64,000 nucleotides of DNA, taken from contig CM059431.1 in NCBI GenBank assembly GCA_030390025.1, positions 133,240,001 through 133,304,000 on the forward strand, in the 5' to 3' direction. A program made the position numbers and the translations under genes. This DNA is from Squalus acanthias. Its lineage: Eukaryota. Positions 13,577 to 24,994 of this stretch are shown here, in pieces; positions within the stretch are counted from its first letter, which is position 1, and each line of letters opens with the position of its first letter. Below the pieces are notes generated by a model. The model made no database searches. It was not told the origin of the DNA and saw only the letters and a program-made list of their open reading frames with translations.

Positions 13577-14874
13577 GGGCTAAATTCGATAGCCCCCAAA
13601 AACAGGCACGGGTATCGTGATTAGCCCCGCGCCCAATGAGTCTGATGTAGGCAGCACGTAAACCTCATGCTGCCTGCTAATTTAAATGATAGTAGCGTGC
13701 AACCTGGGGTTAATACTGATACCGGGGCTAAAAGGATTAAATTATGAGGTCAGGTTGCACAGACTAGGCTTGTATACCCTTGAGTATAGAAGATTAAGGG
13801 GTGATCTAATTGAGGTGTTTAAGATGAATGTGCTGTTGAGTGGTTGAACGCCTCATCAGGGGGCCCAAGTTCCCGTGAGGCTACCACCACTTAAAGCCAG
13901 CCTGCACTACTTAAAGCCAGCCTGCACCTCTTAAAGGAGAGGCGCATTCTGGCTGGAGCAGGTGCTGGAAGTAGCTGAGGAAGACATTCTGAGCAGGAAG
14001 ATGATGTACTAATGGCACAACAAGGGAGAGAGCGGGCTCCACGATTTTCCAACGCAGCACTGGAGGCCTTGGTGCAGGAGGTGGACAGGAGGAGAGGTCC
14101 TCCATCCACAGGGGCCCAGGAGGCCCTCCAGACAAACTGTGAGAAGGCAATGGGAGCAAATAGCTGTCGCGGTCAATGTCAGGAGTCAAGCCCCAATGAC
14201 CTGGATGCAGTGCCGCAAGAAGTTTAACGACCTCATAGAAGTGGTCAAGGTCAGTGAATTCATCTTCAAGTGCCACATCCTTACAACTGAACCACTTAGG
14301 CTCAGACACTGCTCAATTCAACCCCCCACCCCCCAACCCCGCTTTCTCTCACCTACCAACAATCTCTATCAATCATGACTCATAACTCACATTCATAGCT
14401 TCACTTCACCCTCACAAACTTTGCACTGCTGCAAGCCTCAAACCCACATCTCAGCTTGCACACAATGCCAACTATTCAACCCTGACAGGCACATCACCCA
14501 AACACATTGCACTCACTGACACACTTCTCTCGCTATTACAGGATGAGGTGCCTCATAACCAGAGGCAGCAGGGGCTACCCGCAGGGAGACAGGCACGCCT
14601 GCATGACCTAACACCCATAGAGGAGATGGTACTGGAGATTATTGGAGCGGCCATCGCTGAGCCCGTGGCTAGCAGCCATGCTAAAACAATGGAAGATGAC
14701 GATATCCTCATACCTAATCCTCCTTCTTACATTCCCGTTCCCCCTCATCCCACAATCTCTTCTGATTTACAAGCTGCAGATGATGTAAGCTTGCACCTCT
14801 TGCTTTCCCCCTCCCCTCACCGCAACCCTACCCTTGTGCCTTTCTCCTTTCAGATACCCGGGAAATGCAACCTG
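13577..14874 (+). mobile_element. PIF/Harbinger left end with spliced Myb/SANT-like pseudogene (copy H2)
   Basis: Starts GGGCTAAATTCG; ATG 14012 MAQQGRERAPRFSNAALEALVQEV, frameshifted into WEQIAVAVN...WMQCRKKFNDL; donor gtcagt at 14250, acceptor at 14541; truncated by CR1. Confidence 0.8.
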
Positions 14875-16218
14875 GGGTTAATACTGATACCGGGGGTAAA
14901 CGGATTAAATTATGAGGACAGGTTGCATAGACTAGGCTTGTATTCCCTTGAGTATAGAAGATTAAGGGGTGATCTAATTGCGGTGTTTAAAATGTTTAAA
15001 GAGTTGATAAGGTAGCTAGAAACTATTTCCTCTGGTGTGGGAGTCTAGAACAAGTGGGCAAAACCTTAAAATTAGCACTAAACTGTTCAAGGATGATGTC
15101 AGGCAGCATTTCTTCACAAAAAAGGGTAGTGGAAATCTGGAACTCTCCCCAAAAAGCTGTTGAGGCCAGGTCAACGGAAAATTTCAACTGAGATTTTGTT
15201 AGGCAAGGGTATTAAAGGTTACAGAACCAAGGCAGGTAGATGGAGTTAAGACAGAGATCAGTTGTGATCTAATCTGAATGGTGGAACAGGCTGAGAGGAC
15301 TACACCGGTTCCTATGTCCCTATATCACTAGAATGGTACCACGATGAGGGTCTTCAGTTATTTGGAGACTAGAGAAGCTGGGATTGTTCTCCTTAGAACA
15401 GAGAAGGCTAAGGGGAGATACAATAGAGGTGTTCAAAAGTATGAAGGGTTTTGATAGCGTAAATAAGGAGGAACTGTTTCCACTGGCAGGAGGGTCAGTA
15501 ACGAGAGGATTGAGGTAACTGGTAAAAGAGCCAGAGGGAAGATGAAGAGAATTTTTTTCATGCAGCGAGTTATGATGATCTGGAATGCACTGCTTGAAAT
15601 GATGGAGGAAGCAGATTCAATCGTAATTTTCAAAAGGGAATTAGGTATATACTTGAAAAGGAAAAATTTGCAAGGCTCTGGGGAAAGAGCAGGGGAGTGG
15701 GACTAATTGGATCGCTCTTTCAAAAGAGCCGGCACAGGCACGAGTGACCTCCTTCTGTGCTGTATGATTCTATGATATAATCCCTGCTTTTACAAGGTAC
15801 TGGGACAGATGCTATCCTAGAACGTGGTAAGGGAAACTGTTGTGATTACAGTTACCTTTCCTAACAACAGTAGGATGGGAAAGTTCATTGCCCGACAAGA
15901 ACTTTCTTGATCAGTGCGTTTCCAGCCCAATGAGGAAGGAAGCAGTGCTGGATCTTGTTCTGGGGAATGAAGTGGAGCATGTTTCAGTGGGAGAACATTT
16001 GGGAAACAGTGATCATAATATCTTCAGGTTTAGAATAGTTATGGTAAAGGACAAGATACAATCAAGCAGAAAAATACTGAACTGGTAGGCTAAACAGTAA
16101 TTGAACAATGGGAGGCCTTCAACGAGGAGATGGTTCGGGTACAGAGTACACACACTCCTCTGAGGGGGAAAGGAAGGACATCCAAAGCTTAAGATCTCCC
16201 TGGATGACTAAAGATATA
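14875..16218 (+). mobile_element. Three tandem CR1 fragments (two 3' ends and one endonuclease/linker fragment)
   Basis: Approximately 14875-15325 and 15330-15778 are CR1 3' ends; 15860-16218 encodes LDLVLGNE...HLGNSDHN (APE domain end). Confidence 0.85.
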
Positions 16219-19200
16219 GGCCTAGAAATTGGATAAGACCTGAAAATGGGGAGGGGGGGGTGGGGGTGGAACTGACCAGCACTATTTGCCTGCTTTGAAG
16301 TGCAGCATGCAAAATTTGTGCTGCTTGCTCATTAACATGATCGGAGTGCTGATCTCAGTGCTGACTGGCTTAGCGCTCAATGGGGGGGGTGGGGAGGCCA
16401 ATATCGGGTGCAGCCTAACAGCCAATAAGGTTTAGCCGAGGCTCTCTGCACTACTTAAAAGGGAGGTGTTTTGTTGCAGAAGCACCTCACTGTCAGTCTG
16501 GAGACACAATGGCCCAACAACCAAGAGAAAGAGCCAATGATTTTCCGATGCTGCACTGGAGGCCTTGGTCCTGGGGGTCCAACGAAGACGGGCTGTCCTT
16601 TACCCACAGGGAGGCAAGAGGCCATTCAAAGTCATCAGCAGAAGGTTATGGGAAGAGATTGCTCAAGCAATCATGGCCACTAGTGTTGTCCCAAAGACCT
16701 GAATCCAGTGCCGCAAAAAGTTTAATGACCTCACACGGCTGGTCAAGGTGAGTGAATGCATCATCAAATGCCATATCCCACCATCTGCAACACAAGCCTC
16801 ACACACTGCTGAATGCACCACACCCCCACCACTCACCTACCAACTAATTAGTAATCTTGTTGTACGGGGACCCTTGGGTCAGAGCGATCATAACATGATC
16901 GATTTCTCACTCGAAATGGAGAGCGAAGAAATTGACTCAGATACTAAGGTCCTGAATTTAAATAAGGGGAATTATGATGCCATTAGACGAGAACTGAGTA
17001 GGTCTGATTGGACAACGTTCCTGGGAGGACTGGAGGTAGATAAACAATGGCAAGCATTTAAAGATAGAATGACAAAATTGCAAAAATTGTTTATACCAAT
17101 CTGGCATAAAAGGAAATCTAAAAAGGTGACTCAACCGTGGATAACAGGGGAAATTAGAGACAGCATAAAATCCAAAGATAGGGCGTATAAAATAGCCAAA
17201 AAAAGCGCCAGAGCGGAAGATTGGGAACAGTTTAAGATAGAGCAAAGGAGGACAAAGGGCTTAATCAAGAGGGGCAAAATAGCTTACGAAAGCAAGCTGG
17301 CGGAAAATATAAAAACTAACTCCAAAAGCTTTTATAAGTATATCAAGAGGAAAAGACTGGTGAAAACCAAAGTTGGCCCATTGCAGTCAGATACGGGGGA
17401 ATATATAACGGGAAATAAGGAAATGGCAGACCAACTAAATGCATACTTTGGGTCAGTCTTTACGAAGGAAGACACAAAAAACCTCCCTGGGATATCGGGA
17501 AAAATAGGGACATTTGCAAAGGAGGAACTGACGCAAGTCAATATCTCTAAGGATATGGTGTTAAGGAAGCTAAAGGGATTGAAGGCGGACAAATCCCCAG
17601 GGCCTGATAACATGCATCCTAGGGTGCTGAAGGAGGTGGCCCTAGAGATAGCGGATGCACTAAGTATGATTTTTCAGAATTCATTAGACTCGGGAACAGT
17701 GCCCATGGATTGGAGGGTAGCTAACGTTACCCCACTATTCAAAAAGGGGGGTAGGGAAAAAGCAGGTAATTACAGACCTGTAAGCCTTACATCAGTTGTG
17801 GGCAAAATGCTGGAGTCCATCATTAAGGATGAAATAGCGGAGCACTTAGCAAATGGGGACAGGATAGGACAGAGTCAACATGGATTTACAAAGGGTAAAT
17901 CGTGCTTGACTAATCTATTGGAATTTTTTGAGGGAGTAACTGGTAAAATAGATGGGGGAGAGCCAGTAGATGTGGTGTACCTGGACTTCCAAAAGGCCTT
18001 CGATAAGGTCCCACATAAAAGATTAGCATGGAAAATTGAAGCTCATGGGATAAAGGGGAAAGTATTGACGTGGATAGAGAACTGGCTGTCAGATAGAAAA
18101 CAGAGAGTTGGAATAAACGGCTCATTTTCTGAATGGCAGGCAGTAACAAGTGGGGTACCACAGGGATCTGTCCTGGGTCCCCAGCTGTTCACAATTTATA
18201 TTAATGACCTGGATCAGGGAGTCGGATGCAGCATTTCCAAATTTGCAGACGACACTAAACTAGGAGGGGGGGTGGGCTCAGAGGAGGAGACCAGGAAGCT
18301 CCAGAGCGATTTGGACAGACTGGGTGATTGGGCGGATAAATGGCAGATGCACTATAATGTGGACAAGTGCGAAGTTATCCACCTTGGGTGCAGGAACGGG
18401 AGGGCAAATTATTATTTAAATGGCAATAAATTGGGAGAGGGGGAAGTACAGAGAGACCTGGGTGTTCTTGTACACCAGTCACTGAAGGCGAGCATGCAGG
18501 TGCAACAGGCGATCAAGAAGGCAAACGGTATGCTGGCCTTCATAGCAAAAGGGTTGGAATACAGGAACAGGGATACCTTGCTGCAGCTGTACAGGGCACT
18601 GGTGAGACCACACCTCGAGTACTGTGTACAGTTTTGGTCGCCTCATCTGCGGAAAGATGTTCTTGCCATGGAGGGGGTGCAGCGGCGATTCACCAGGCTG
18701 ATACCAGGAATGGCGGGATTGACCTATGAGGAGAGACTATGTAGTTTAGGGATGTACACACTGGAGTTTAGAAGATTGAGAGGGGACCTCATAGAAGTGT
18801 ATAAAATTCTGACAGGTCTAGACAGACTAGATGCAGAAGGAATGTTTCCCTTGGCGGGTGAGAACAGAACTAGAGGACATAATTTAAGGATAAGGGCTAA
18901 ACCATTTAGGACAGAAATGAGGGGGAATTTCTTCACTCAGAGGGTGGTGAACCTGTGGAACTCATTGCCACAGAGGGCAGTGTACGCCAGCTCATTAAAT
19001 ATATTTAAGAGGGAATTAGATATATTTCTACAGGCAAAAGGGTTAAGGGTTACGGAGAGAAGGCGGGGACGGGATACTGAATTGGAGGATCAGCCATGAT
19101 CTCATTAAATGGCGGAGCAGGCTCGAAGGGCCGGATGGCCTACTCCTGCTCCTATCTTCTATGTATCTATGTATCTATGTAATCTCTAGCTATCACCACT

Positions 19201-20990
19201 CATACCTCACAATCATGGCTTCACTTCACCCTCACACACTTAACACTGCTGCAACACTCACCCACATCTCACACCTTGCATACAACTGCCAGCTATTCAA
19301 CCATGGCAGGCACATCACCCAAACACATTGCACAACACTCACTGACACACTTCCCTTTCTCTTGCAGGCAAAGGTGGCACAGAACAGACGTGAGCAACAA
19401 CAGACCAGAGGCGACCAAGCCAAAATTGAGAAGCTGACTGACCTCGAGGAATACATGCTTGAAATTATTGGAGGGGCAGTGACAGTCTGTGGCCAGCAGA
19501 GGAGTTGAAACCATTGCTGATGATGACGGTATGGTCATATCTTATCCTTCTTCTCACATCCCACTTTCCCCTCATCCCACAATATCTTCTCACTTACAAG
19601 CTGCTGATGGTGTATGCATGGATATCTTGCTCCCCCCACCGCCCCGTCCCCTCACCACAACCTGACCCTTGTGCCATTCTGCTTTCAGATACCCAAGAAG
19701 CGGCACCAGCGCAGCCTGTCCCTCATCATCAGCAGCAAACTGACGGAGGAGACGAAGAAGAAAAGATGCCGACACTGCATCTGACACTCGCAGACACCAG
19801 CTCAGAAAATGGCACTGCGCGTACTTTAGAGGGTAGTATAGAGGCGGGATTTGCACGTGGTGAGTCACCGAGCATGAGTGGGCTGCAGCCAGGCCAGGGG
19901 GAAAGGGCAGCTCCCCGGAAGGTGAGTTTACGTGCGAGTTCTGCTGCACAAGACTCAGATGAGGACCTTGATGGAGTGGCCTTCAGAAGAAGGGTGATGA
20001 GCATGCAGAGCGAAAATGCTAGGTGCAATGGCAGGCCTACCAAATCGCCTCTTGTCAGTGTCAAGGAGCCTGGAGGAGTGCGGCTCCAACATTGGATGGG
20101 GTTTTGTGCAGAGCTTGGAGCCCATGATTTCCAGGATGGAAATGATGAACAACTCCAGGAGAGACCTTGTGGACCCACGGATGATGCTGGGTGTGATGGA
20201 GGATCTTGCAGCTTCCATTGCAGCACAGGCGGAAGTGACCCAACGTCTCACTGCTGCAGTGGAAGTGCAGACTGCTCTCCTGCAGGCTCAGCTTGCTGCC
20301 ACCCAAGCTCAGGCTGCTGCCATCGTCGCTGGGTTTATGAGTGTCGAAAGGGGCTTGCAGGGTGACGCAGCAGGACAGCAATCTGTCCTCCAACAGATGG
20401 TTAGCAATGCTGAGGCGCCACCCCGGGGGAGTGGCAGTGGGTCAGTGGAGCAAGAACCTGCGGTCCTCTCTCAGGATGACAGCATTCCTGCTCCCACCAC
20501 TGCCACTCTGCCATTGCCCCTGCCGCTGCCTGTCAGCCAGCCAGACCAGACTGCTGCCGCCCATGCCGAGGTGGTGCAGTCTACAGCCGGGCTTTCTAGG
20601 TCCACAGCTAGTCGAGGTCGTCTTGCAAGGCCATCAGTAGTCTCGTCCACTGAAAGTCAGCAGCCATGCTGCATCCACTGGAGGAGCATTGTGTAGGAGC
20701 ACTAGAGTAGGGAAAGGCACATGAAAGACTGGCTCTGAGGGAATGTACAAGGGTGAATAGTTGAGATTGTCATTTTGATTGGATTTTGATAAATTTATGA
20801 ATTCTATTTGGAATGTGTGTTTTGCGGTGGCTCTTATTTCAGCTTTGTGCCCAAGTGGCGCTGTAATATTCCGTGACAGAAGGATGGTATGTTGGGGAAG
20901 TGGGGTTTCAATCAGTCAAATCGGAGTCTGATGAATCGCTCACAGACAGCCCGTCCGGAACGGGTATTTGCTGCCTGCCTCCTCCCTCCC
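16219..20990 (+). mobile_element. PIF/Harbinger transposon (copy H3): three-exon Myb-like pseudogene plus the last codons of the convergent transposase
   Basis: Left TIR GGCCTAGAAATT; exon 1 16509-16747, exon 2 19368-19528, exon 3 from 19689 (Ala-rich coiled-coil ORF 20016..20696); minus strand ~20915-20990 reads GRAVCERFIRLRFD*, resembling the H4 transposase end AREARDGLTMSRFT*. Confidence 0.8.
16845..19180 (+). mobile_element. Young CR1 LINE, 5'-truncated, with a near-intact ORF2 C-terminal region
   Basis: About 750 stop-free codons within ORF 16748..19099: SDHN, KSPGPD, NYRPVSLTS, YLDFQKAFDKVPH, GVPQGSVLGP, FADDTK; (tatgtatc)n tail; inserted in intron 1 of Harbinger H3. Confidence 0.97.
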
Positions 20991-20991
20991 T

Positions 20992-22373
20992 CCTGTCCAC
21001 TTACCAACTTACCATGACTATGTGCCGAGTCAGAGGATTGGTACAGGTATACCCGGTGAAACACGAGTGTGACTGGCAGAGGCAAAGGAACATCACCCTG
21101 TTAGGGATGGTATTATATTATCCCATTCTGCCTGAAAACGCGGCCCCAAGTCCTCTATTCCGTGTAGAGAACATAGGGGTGCGTCGGGGAGACCAGCTGG
21201 TAGAGTATGATGAACCCCCACAATACATGACCCGAGTGGATGGGACCACATGGGTGGGCCCAGATCTTACCGGATGCGCTCAAGCTTGGGATACATTCAT
21301 CTGCCCCTACGATGTGGCGGAAAATGCAGCCCCCGCTTGCGGGTTCAATTGGGATAGGGTGGTGTGGAATTGTACAGGAAACTTTCGTTTATCCGGCACC
21401 CAAATATCCGGAATTCTCGCTTAACCGGCAAAAATCATCCTCCGAAAACTCCTCTCAAATAACCGGCAATGTTGCCGAGTCGCAGTCGAGTCTCCGCGAA
21501 CGCCGAGTGCTCCGAAAAATCCTCTCAAATAACCGGCAATGTTGCCGATCCCGAGTCCGAGAACGCCGATTTAGTCAGTAGGGGTACTTTTCAAAAGTGC
21601 CACTACTCGGCCTCCTGGCGCAAGTCCGAAACATTGCAGTAGCAGGAGTAGATTCTCCTGTGCTGCTTGGAGTCTCTTTGTTAAAAATAGACTCGGTAGA
21701 TATAACTCTCTGTTATCCGGTACTTTCGATAAACCGGCACCACGCCGGTCCCGTCGATGCCGGATAAACGAAAGTTTCCTGTACCATGAAAATGACACCT
21801 CCCTGTACGATATGCATATCGAGGGAAAGGGGAATATTGTGTGACTACTATACACCGGGATACCAGTACGGTAACGACCTGACTTGTCCTATTGCAGCAG
21901 GAACCTTCTGTTTTATCCCAGTCAGACCTGAGAGACTTGGGGCGCGGGTGTTGTTAAGCATTTATTCACATAAGCAAGTAAATATTACTGTAAAGGATGA
22001 GTTAAAAGAGCAATTGCACCAGTATGTGACTCGGTTCAGCTATGACATCCCACCACTGCAAGAAAACTTGGTAGAGTTAATGAGGCACGTCAATCAGTCC
22101 CAGAAGCATTATTATACCTTGGCCCAAGAAAACCACAAGCGACGAAAGGAAATATCCAGGGTTGGGAATGATTTGTCCTGGTGGGATATCGGTAGGAATA
22201 TTGAGGTTCACCCATGAATGAGGATTATCTCCCGTGTCTTGGTCATTATTCAGCTGGTAATTGTGTTATACTTACTGATAATAACTTGCCGTGTCAACAG
22301 GCAACGCAAACAGCGAAAGTTGGTCAAGCTGTTACAGAAGACATGGAAAGAAGACGACGACGACGAGGTGTAA
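20992..22373 (+). pseudogene. env: Envelope/class I fusion glycoprotein C-terminal half of an LTR retroelement (lokiretrovirus-like, F-protein-like)
   Basis: Cys-rich ectodomain (C-x8-C-x11-C-x10-C), N-glycosylation sequons (NIT, NCT, NIT, NQS), heptad repeat, SWWD membrane-proximal segment, TM VLVIIQLVIVLYLLIITC, basic then acidic tail; stop at 22371-22373; split by a MITE and carrying one internal TGA (22215-22217). Confidence 0.8.
21375..21781. mobile_element. Tc1/mariner-pogo (Tigger-like) MITE
   Basis: Perfect 24-bp TIRs CAGGAAACTTTCGTTTATCCGGCA; TA on both sides; internal tandem duplication with ~70-bp period. Confidence 0.92.
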
Positions 22374-22421
22374 GTGCCTGTGACCCAACATTCAGGTACA
22401 CAGCCACTTGAGGGTGGACTT

Positions 22422-22976
22422 TGTAAGAATACATCGTCGCTGTATAGTAACTTAACTAAACTCAAAGTCGACCACATTTAATGGACCGGCATACCTTGAG
22501 AGACTGAGGACCGTATTACTGGGCAAATTCTGTAAAAATCACAGATAAGGAAGTGGGCCTTGAGAGTTCTGTAAAACAAACCTTCAAGCCATTGTTAACA
22601 GGAACTTCTTCAGACAATGGCGTAACCGGCCTTGAGGCCCACTGACTAACAGATATGAAGAGGAGAAAGAAAATCAACTACTGGCCATTGTTAACGTGGT
22701 CTGGGACACGTACGCATTGGGCGGTCTGCTAGGTTTTGGGGTATAAAAAGTGCAGTCGAAAGACACTAGGGGCTGCTGCAGTGAGTCGGGCGAGAACCTA
22801 CTGGTCACCGCCGAACTGATCACTCGCTGGTGTTAGTACGTATGTATGCTTGTACTTGCTTGTAATCGCTGTTGATTTTAAGTAAAGAATAGTTACCCTG
22901 AAATCTTTGACTCGAGTTGTCTGTTGCAATACGGGCCTGAACTCTAAGTACTGTTAGACTGGAGTAAAAATTTACA
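22422..22976 (+). mobile_element. 3' LTR of the env-bearing retroelement
   Basis: TGTAA...TTACA termini (555 bp); preceded by PPT-like gagggtggac; ATTGG and GGGCGG at 22716-22724; TATAAAA 22742-22748; AGTAAA polyA-like signal at 22881. Confidence 0.85.
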
Positions 22977-23124
22977 CGTTTTACATCTCCGACAGTGCAG
23001 CACTCCCTCCGTACTTTACTGAAGTGTCAGCCTAGATTTTTGTACTCAAGTCTCTCGAGTGGGAGTTGAACCCACTACTTTCTGACTCAGAGGTGAGAGT
23101 GCTACCAACTGAGCCATGGCTGAC
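22977..23124 (-). mobile_element. DeuSINE 5' half
   Basis: Reverse complement of the tRNA-like head and the start of the Deu domain; cut off at the LTR. Confidence 0.8.
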
Positions 23125-23129
23125 CCTAT

Positions 23130-23505
23130 AAGAGATCTGATAGAGGTGTTCAAAATCATGAATGGTTTTGATAGAGTAAATAAGGAGAAACTGTTTCTAG
23201 TGGCAGAAGGGTCGATAATCAGAGGACACAGAATTAAGGTGATTGGCAAAAGAACTAGCGGCATCATGAGAAACATTTTTTTGCACAGCAAGTTGTGGCC
23301 TGGAATGCACTGCCTGAAAGGGTGGTGGAAGCAGATTCAATAGCAACTTTCAAAAAAGAATTAGATTAATACTTGAAGGGAAAAAGTTTACAGGGCTATG
23401 GGGAAAGAGCAGGGGAGTGGGATTAATTGGATAGCTCTACCAAAGAGCTCTACCACCGGCATGATGGGCCTCCTTCTGTGCTGCATTATTCTATGATTCT
23501 ATGAC
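23130..23505 (+). mobile_element. CR1 LINE 3' fragment
   Basis: RDLIEVFKIMNGFDRV...RGHRIKV; (attctatg)n tail. Confidence 0.9.
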
Positions 23506-23775
23506 TTGTTATACAACAGTCGGCAAAGTCACCTCTCACCTGGGTTGCAGAAAAACAAGGCTTCAAATTGAATCTGTAGTAGTGTAAAAATTTTGCAGCA
23601 AATTTCAGAATTGGCTTGCACTTTTAAAACTAGCAACCTTCAATTTTTGAAGTCCTTGAGGGCTCATAATAACATTTTTATAATAATTATGTAGAGAAAT
23701 AACAATGAATTTAAAAGTAAAAGAATGATAGTTACAAGCAGGTTGAGAGCTGTCTGATAACCATCTTCTTTGGGC

Positions 23776-23864
23776 TCACCACCACCTTCTCAAGGGCAAC
23801 CAGGGATGGGCGATAAATGCTGGCCTTGCCAGCGACGCCCACATCCCATGAACGAATAAAAAAA
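23776..23864 (+). mobile_element. 3' tail of the jockey-group LINE seen at 40489-42283
   Basis: caccaccaccttctcaagggc...gacgcccacatcccatgaacgaataaaaaaa matches the ends of the copies at 40489 and 44200. Confidence 0.85.
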
Positions 23865-24566
23865 CGTAAGAGAGGAAAGAGGGAAATGGGGTCTTTTTGG
23901 GGTTGAGGTGGCTCCAAGAGGACAGCCCTGGTGATGAAAGCTTGGAACCAAGTAAACACTCTGTGGCAGATTTGGTAATCTGATACCTGAACAAGGCAGG
24001 TCTGTGGTACTCTGTGGTATTGTTAATGATTGGCCAGCTAGCTTGGTTCATTAATAGATCCTCAAGGGGCTTCCCTGTCACTGGGAGTCGCGATTCTTCT
24101 GATTTGGCTCCAAATAATCCAGAAAGCAAATGCACCAACAGGTAGGAAGGTCCTACTAGACAAGTAATGACAAGCAGCTCTAGTAACCTGCAGTTTTCAG
24201 GTAGTTTAACTCTAGCAATACACTTAGGGTTGCATAATATGGCTTTGTCAGCCTCACCTAACTTCTCTGGTCTTGGGCAAGTGAGGTGTATCCCTTTGGG
24301 GAGAGAGTTTACACTTCAGCAAATAGAAATCCGACAGGAGGGTGTAGATTTCTCAGTAGCTTGATTTAAAGACTCTTAAAAAAATTAAACAGGGTGATGG
24401 GTTTCTACGAATATCAGACATCTAACCAAATAACAAATTATCGACAATGTCAATGGTGATGTCAGTGGGCTAGACCAGTCTGCCCATCAGAAGTGGGGGG
24501 AGGGGCAGAAATGCAGAGTAGAAGGAAAAAGAAATGATATCCAAAAAATTGAATCAGAAACATCTA

Positions 24567-24830
24567 GGGTAGAGTTTCCGTTCGGTTGCGCTAGTTTCTT
24601 CGGCACATTTTGCACAAATTGGTGAATATATCAAGGAATATTTTTAAAAGCAAAACTTAAAAAAAAAATTACGTTTTAAAACCCTGCCCGATTGTGCTGG
24701 TTTATGGCAGATTTTGCGTTCAGCGATATGCAAATGAGTTTGAGCGGAAACACGAAGGAAAAAAAATTCTCAAATTGGGCGCAATTTGCACCCGGATCGC
24801 CGATTTCGCCCAAAGCGGAAACTCTACCCC
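24567..24830. mobile_element. Harbinger-type MITE
   Basis: 14-bp TIR GGGTAGAGTTTCCG / CGGAAACTCTACCC; same end type as 36286-37701; TSD unclear. Confidence 0.7.
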
Positions 24831-24893
24831 CAGCTATTTAACGCATTTGTTTCTTTTAGTTTACTACACAAAACATTTTAAGAACGCTCTTAC

Positions 24894-24994
24894 CAGATTT
24901 TCAACTTCAGCACTTTGTCGTACTCCCCACTGGAACATGCCCATCAGCGTGATAGCATAAGACAGTGCCAAACCAACCTGTCCTGCATTTAGCT
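24894..24994 (-). CDS. ABCC4: ABCC4/MRP4-like coding exon (human exon 24 equivalent)
   Basis: 101 bp; ttgcag|AG...CTG|gtaaga; (Q)[33 protein letters not shown]. Absent from the ORF track. Confidence 0.95.

Noticed and set aside
16748..19099. 783-aa ORF as a host gene or domesticated reverse transcriptase
   Set aside because: The first ~32 codons are Harbinger intron starting at a GT donor; the rest is a 5'-truncated CR1 ORF2 with its own 3' tail.
20016..20696. 226-aa coiled-coil ORF as an independent gene
   Set aside because: It is exon 3 of the Harbinger Myb-like gene, whose upstream portions are frameshifted.
21440..21560. CRISPR-like repeat-spacer pattern
   Set aside because: Only two units, inside a TA-flanked MITE in a eukaryotic intron; a simple internal tandem duplication.
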